From a virus (Duplodnaviria; Heunggongvirae; Uroviricota; Caudoviricetes), in IMG/VR virus record IMGVR_UViG_3300048058_000019: DNA of 18,492 nt; one strand, 5' to 3'. This document shows, piece after piece, positions 14,497 to 18,492 of the stretch. The notes below the pieces were generated by a model. It was not told the origin of the DNA. It was given only the letters and a program-made list of their open reading frames with translations, and ran no database searches. Each line of letters starts with the position of its first letter. The stretch's first letter is position 1. Both the position numbers and the translations under genes were made by a program.

Positions 14497-15030
14497 TCGC
14501 TTGGCTGTATGAATATGACACAAGAGAGTTTAATTAAGCATGTGCGGAATCCTAACAAATTGATTCCCGTCCCATGTGCACATGCCACAGGGCCGCTACA
14601 ATAAGAACCGCCATTGATTATAATTGCGCACGTGTTCGCGATGCATATGACACAGCAGGACTGTATTAAAAAGCGCGCGCCATCTAATGGCGGCCTGGAG
14701 ACGCGATGCATATGCTATAGCGCGTCAAAGGTCTATGTGTGGTACCGTTTAATGTGCGATATCGCGACCAGAGACCCGCGCTTCGGACGGCTAAACACGA
14801 ATCGCGGATCGGCGATCTGGGGGCACTGGGATCTTCTACATTAAGGCGGCGTATCGGCTCAATATATGCATCCCCCTCGTTCTGTCCAATTACCAGGTGG
14901 AAATACCGGCGGATATGACGCATCAAGACTTTCCCATCAAGCTAAGTGTATTGACAGGATCTCCCTCCGCCTCAGCTATCTTCCACCTGACCGCCGAGGT
15001 CAGCCTTACCCCTGGCTTCGCTCGGCGGCG

Positions 15031-15076
15031 GCGAGTTTCGCGGTTTTTAAAGAGGTTCCGCTAAAGCCTCTACCTC
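15031..15076. repeat. 46-bp direct repeat, copy 2
   Basis: 39/46 identity to 13761-13806; conserved AGAGGTT-N7-AGCCTCT. Confidence 0.85.
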
Positions 15077-15083
15077 TAGTTGT

Positions 15084-15179
15084 CTATTGACCCACTAACC
15101 CTAGGAACGCCAGGATCGCCAGGATAAACCAAAGGAAATCGAGATCCTTGCTCGATGCCTTGGCCTTCATCCTTGCCAT
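15084..15179 (-). CDS. 31-aa hydrophobic peptide
   Basis: AGGAGGG 6 nt before ATG; MARMKAKASSKDLDFLWFILAILAFLGLVGQ. Confidence 0.65.
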   Translation of the reverse strand: MARMKAKASSKDLDFLWFILAILAFLGLVGQ

Positions 15180-15229
15180 CAAGCGCCCTCCTAAAAGGGA
15201 CTCGAATTTTAAGCTCCAAGCCATAAACC

Positions 15230-16230
15230 CCCGGCATGCTTGACGCAAGCATGTTGTTCCAGTTAGGTGTGGCTGCGTCCGACCACTGCTTGGAGCAAGA
15301 TTTAGGACCCCCTGCCTTCAGCGCTCTGCGTCAGTTCTCGCCATCTCGACCGTCTGGTCTACTGGGCGTGATCTGCTCGGTCGCCTAACGGGAGGGGGTC
15401 AAATTTTTGCCCCCCTGTGAATCAGATCCCCAAAAGGAGGGGCTCTGAGTCCGGGAGGACTTTGGTCGTTTCCGTCACTTGTTTATACTCGGTTGGCGGA
15501 GAGCAACGAGTTAAACTTCCTTGCCGACCTTACCGAGTGTGTGCCGCAAAGCGGCGTTCAGCGTGTGTTACGCTGCTTTTTGATGTGAGTGCTTGCAACG
15601 ACGGCGAGCACGCCAGCCTTTGAAGGCGGCAAAGCCCCCGGTTGCTAAGATGAAGAGACCCACGAGAGCCTCCCCGATCCCGAAACAGAGACAGGCGAGT
15701 GCGGTTTCCATGAACGTTCTCCTCTCTGGATTTTTGTCAGAGACCCAGTACGTGGTTGTCTGAGGTTCCTGGTCTTAACCAGCATCAAGGGCTGCCTACT
15801 GCTTAGTCACAGATCGGCACCTAGAACCTTGAAGCCCGAGACAACCACCCAACAGGCCTCGCAGCGCAGGAACCTCTTTGCCCCTTGGGGCTTGAGGTGT
15901 GTTACGCCACATTGAGGGCTCACGCCCCACACAGGGGCTTAATTGAGCAAGTTTTACTGCCGGTCAGCGCTTAGCGCATAACTGGCCCTTTCCTCTTTGG
16001 AAGCCCGCCCAAAGCGAGGACGGACGCCCAAAGAGGGGCCCTCATCCGAGGGCCCCGGATCCAGAGAGAGGAGGTGCCTGTGCTTTCTAGCCCTTAGCGG
16101 GCAAGGCCTTTACTGCCCCCCACAGGGGAGGCGCGGCCTCTTTCGTGCGCCGCTATCCCACCAGGGCGGGCAAGCGCCCGCCACCATCCGTTAGCTGCGC
16201 TGGTCTCCATCTCGACTCCCCGCAGGGAGC
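15230..16230 (+). ncRNA. candidate large structured non-coding RNA (family not recognised; ends approximate)
   Basis: No credible ORF; more than 12 stems of 6-10 bp; G-U wobbles mostly valid on +; GGGA tetraloop; two crossed 10-bp helices. Confidence 0.5.
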
Positions 16231-16285
16231 CGGGAAGGAGAGAGGCCCGAGCACCAGACTCGGACCTCAACTCCCCGGTGCTTGG

Positions 16286-16804
16286 TTAGTTCAGCGGACC
16301 GTCCGGGATGTCACCTCGCCGCAAGCGCGGCGGGTTGAGCCCGGTGACCGGGAGCTGGGGCGAAACTCCCTCGGCTTCGGGCGGAAGCGCGCCCATACCT
16401 GCGAGCAAGGCGAGGATCGGGTTCTGCCCGCCTTCGGCCTTCATGAAGGCCGCGTGCTCCTTCTTCCAGGTCGCGATCGCCTCGGGGCTGAGGTCGATCT
16501 CGGTGGGGAGCTCACCCCGCTGGAGCTGGCTGTACTTCTCGTGCAGCAGCTCGAGGGCCGGGACGGCCTTGCCCAGCAGGTCGCCGATGAGCGCCTTGGT
16601 GTCGTGGACTCCCGCTTCCACGAACTGGGGCTCGATGACCTGGATGTCCTTGAGCTTCAAGGCCATCGCCATCGCGACCTTGGACGTGATGGTGAGGGCG
16701 GTCATGCCCTCGCGGAGAGTGCTCTTCTCCTTGTGGCTGAACGCCAGACCACAGGTGCACTCGGGGGCGAAACAGGCCGGATTCGGCTTGGCTTTCTTCT
16801 TCAC
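16286..16804 (-). CDS. hypothetical protein with N-terminal Cys cluster (172 aa)
   Basis: AAGGAGG 6 nt before GTG 16804; CFAPECTC; strong GC3 bias. Confidence 0.85.
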   Translation of the reverse strand: MKKKAKPNPACFAPECTCGLAFSHKEKSTLREGMTALTITSKVAMAMALKLKDIQVIEPQFVEAGVHDTKALIGDLLGKAVPALELLHEKYSQLQRGELPTEIDLSPEAIATWKKEHAAFMKAEGGQNPILALLAGMGALPPEAEGVSPQLPVTGLNPPRLRRGDIPDGPLN

Positions 16805-16955
16805 CAAGCACCTCCTTGAAAGAGAGTCGAAATACCTGACCACCTGGACCTTGGTGGGTTACCAAGACCAAGGTGGTGGCTCCCCGCAGGAGCCACGGCG
16901 CGGGCCTGTGCCATATCCCATCAGGATGGCCAAGCCCGCGCCACCACCGCTGTGC

Positions 16956-17177
16956 TTACCGGCGGTTCCTCTCGCCCATGGCGTGTTCGCGGGCACCCCG
17001 CAGCATGGAGCTGTTGAGCTGGATCCGCACGATCCCACGTTCGGCCAGAGCAGGCAGATTTTCTTGGATGAGCCGGTGCATCTTGCCCCGTGCATCTCCA
17101 AGGTCCAGCCTGGCTTTCTCGACGTTGACGGCTTCGCCCATCAACTGGCGCTCTACTTCCTTCATTCGTTCGTCCAC
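16956..17177 (-). CDS. small helical protein (73 aa)
   Basis: GGAGGTGCTTGGTG initiation region identical to that of 16286-16804. Confidence 0.8.
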   Translation of the reverse strand: MDERMKEVERQLMGEAVNVEKARLDLGDARGKMHRLIQENLPALAERGIVRIQLNSSMLRGAREHAMGERNRR

Positions 17178-17237
17178 CAAGCACCTCCATTAAAGAGAAA
17201 CGATCCCAAGTTTGTGTTTCCCCCTCAAGTGTGGTAC

Positions 17238-17420
17238 CTAGAGCCCTTGACCAGCAGCTCTTTCCCTCCGTCCCTCCAGATCCTTGATCTCCTTGGAGAT
17301 CCTCTCAACTTCGGGACTGGCCTTGATGAGCTTCGCCGCTTCAAGGCGACGATAGGCCCCTTCGATCGCCCGGGTGAACCGGACGACGTCCTGCTCCTTC
17401 TGAGTGAGGGTTCCTAACAT
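17238..17420 (-). CDS. small helical or coiled-coil protein (60 aa)
   Basis: GGGAGGT RBS. Confidence 0.75.
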   Translation of the reverse strand: MLGTLTQKEQDVVRFTRAIEGAYRRLEAAKLIKASPEVERISKEIKDLEGRRERAAGQGL

Positions 17421-17484
17421 ATGTCACCTCCCTGAGACGTACCTCACGACTCATATTTTGTGTGGTACGCCTTAGGGAAGCCCC

Positions 17485-17688
17485 CTACTTAAGGGGGAAC
17501 CCCGCCACCTTGTACGTTGCCGCTATAGACCTTAAGCCCATAGCTTGCAAGTAGTAGGTTGCTCGGATAGAGGGCCACCTGTTTCCAAGGGCCCTCAGTT
17601 CACGGGCCTTCTCCAATGCCCACTTTCTGGCAAGGTATAGACCCCTTGCCTGTCCGTGATTGAAGGCAACAGCTTCTCCTACCAGCAC
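17485..17688 (-). CDS. small basic hypothetical protein (67 aa)
   Basis: AAAGGAGG before GTG 17688. Confidence 0.6.
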   Translation of the reverse strand: MLVGEAVAFNHGQARGLYLARKWALEKARELRALGNRWPSIRATYYLQAMGLRSIAATYKVAGFPLK

Positions 17689-17936
17689 GGTGCCTCCTTT
17701 CTCCCTAGGAGCTCGGATCACGAGCGCCTAGAGAGGCCCCCGATCGGGGGCCAGGTAGAAACTAGACGGCCGGAGGCGCGATTGAGGCTGCCCAGAGCAC
17801 GGACTCGCGTGGGCTCCAGCGCGAAGGTTAGGCTAGTTCACAAGCATCTCCTTCATGTGTTAGAGTTGGCCGTGGGATGAAAGATAGCGCTATCTCCACT
17901 CGAGCCCCCGGTGTGTTACAGGAGCTTGAGTGGAGA

Positions 17937-17962
17937 GGGGTGCCCCCTTTCGGGAGCACCCC
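17937..17962 (-). terminator. 11-bp GAAA-tetraloop hairpin after paralogue B
   Basis: GGGGTGCTCCC-GAAA-GGGGGCACCCC on -; no U-tract, so may be a stabilising or processing hairpin. Confidence 0.5.
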
Positions 17963-17980
17963 CGCTCCGGCCCGTGTGTG

Positions 17981-18424
17981 TTACTCCTCGACTTCGGCCT
18001 CGCCCTCGGGCTCGGCCTCGGCCTCGGGCTCCGCCGTGGTCGTGGCCTCGGCGGCGCGCTGCTTCTTGAAGTCCTCGAAGGCCACCTTGTCGGCGTCCTT
18101 CTTGGCCTTCTTGGCGGCAGCCCGGTGGTCCAGACACACCTTGACCTGGAAGAGGTCGCTGGTGTAGACGTCCCGCTTGGTGCTGCAGCCGGAGTGCGTG
18201 CAGACGATCGTGACCTGCTGCTTGCCTGCCGCCTCGTCCCAGCGGAGGCTGTCCTTGACGACGTGGGCGTACTTGCCCTCGATCGTCTCCTTGGAGATCC
18301 GGCGGCCCTTGCCCGCCTTCTCCTTGGCCACCGCCTTGCGGATCGTCTCCTTCTGAGCGTCCGTGAGGTGGCTCATTCCCGCGAGCGTCTTCTCGACCTC
18401 GGGGGAGCTCTTGAGATCGGCCAT
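17981..18424 (-). CDS. Lys/Ala-rich protein with Cx4C..Cx2H motif and acidic tail, paralogue B (147 aa)
   Basis: AGGAGG RBS; CTHSGC..TSDLFQVKVCLDH; AEPEAEAEPEGEAEVEE tail; extreme GC3. Confidence 0.9.
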   Translation of the reverse strand: MADLKSSPEVEKTLAGMSHLTDAQKETIRKAVAKEKAGKGRRISKETIEGKYAHVVKDSLRWDEAAGKQQVTIVCTHSGCSTKRDVYTSDLFQVKVCLDHRAAAKKAKKDADKVAFEDFKKQRAAEATTTAEPEAEAEPEGEAEVEE

Positions 18425-18492
18425 TCTGGCCTCCTGTCTTCTTGGGGGGTCTTCCCGCCGGGGTCCCCCCCCGGCCGGGCCGCTCCGCCTTG

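Noticed and set aside
13761-15076. 46-bp repeats as tyrosine-recombinase att sites excising paralogue A
   Set aside because: The 7-nt central spacers differ, whereas such recombination needs matching overlap regions; no recombinase in the window
16070-16097. Plus-strand GGAGG followed by GTG inside the candidate RNA
   Set aside because: Encodes only 5-7 codons; insufficient support as a gene
15230-16230. tRNA, tmRNA, RNase P or group I/II intron identity for the structured region
   Set aside because: No T-loop plus CCA end, no GAGGAAAGUCC, no domain V seen by eye; an Rfam scan is still needed
13778-18167. Overlapping ORFs such as 13861-14493, 14295-14711, 14614-14844, 16145-16819 and 16308-17417
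   Set aside because: Shadows of GC3-biased genes or chance ORFs in GC-rich DNA; no RBS
13909-18424. Paralogue pair as DGR template and variable repeat
   Set aside because: Differences are not confined to adenines, both are intact genes, and no reverse transcriptase is present

Overview
Phage-like accessory or early region, inferred from gene architecture; no capsid, terminase or polymerase gene is in the window and the host is unknown. Three parts. (1) 1-10990: about 38 short, translationally coupled minus-strand genes, mostly hypothetical. They include an HNH endonuclease, a stand-alone LigD-type 3'-phosphoesterase, a possibly NADAR-related 200-aa protein, a Tat-signal protein, several single-helix membrane peptides and one gene broken by a 1-nt frameshift. 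(2) 11120-13730: a divergent, AT-richer plus-strand cluster of tiny ORFs, six of which start with a shared MNF.. N-terminus (MNFx[VI]I[AGV]P in four). (3) 13740-18492: a GC-rich block in which two paralogous Lys/Ala-rich Cys/His proteins bracket about 2 kb that is nearly ORF-free. That stretch holds tandem promoter repeats, a palindrome-dense tract, one copy of a 46-bp repeat, a 31-aa hydrophobic peptide and a roughly 1-kb densely base-paired segment with a two-helix pseudoknot, which is a candidate large structured ncRNA. The best candidates for novelty are this ncRNA with its flanking paralogues and the MNF micro-gene array. All alignments, folds and family names are manual or from memory; no database search was run.
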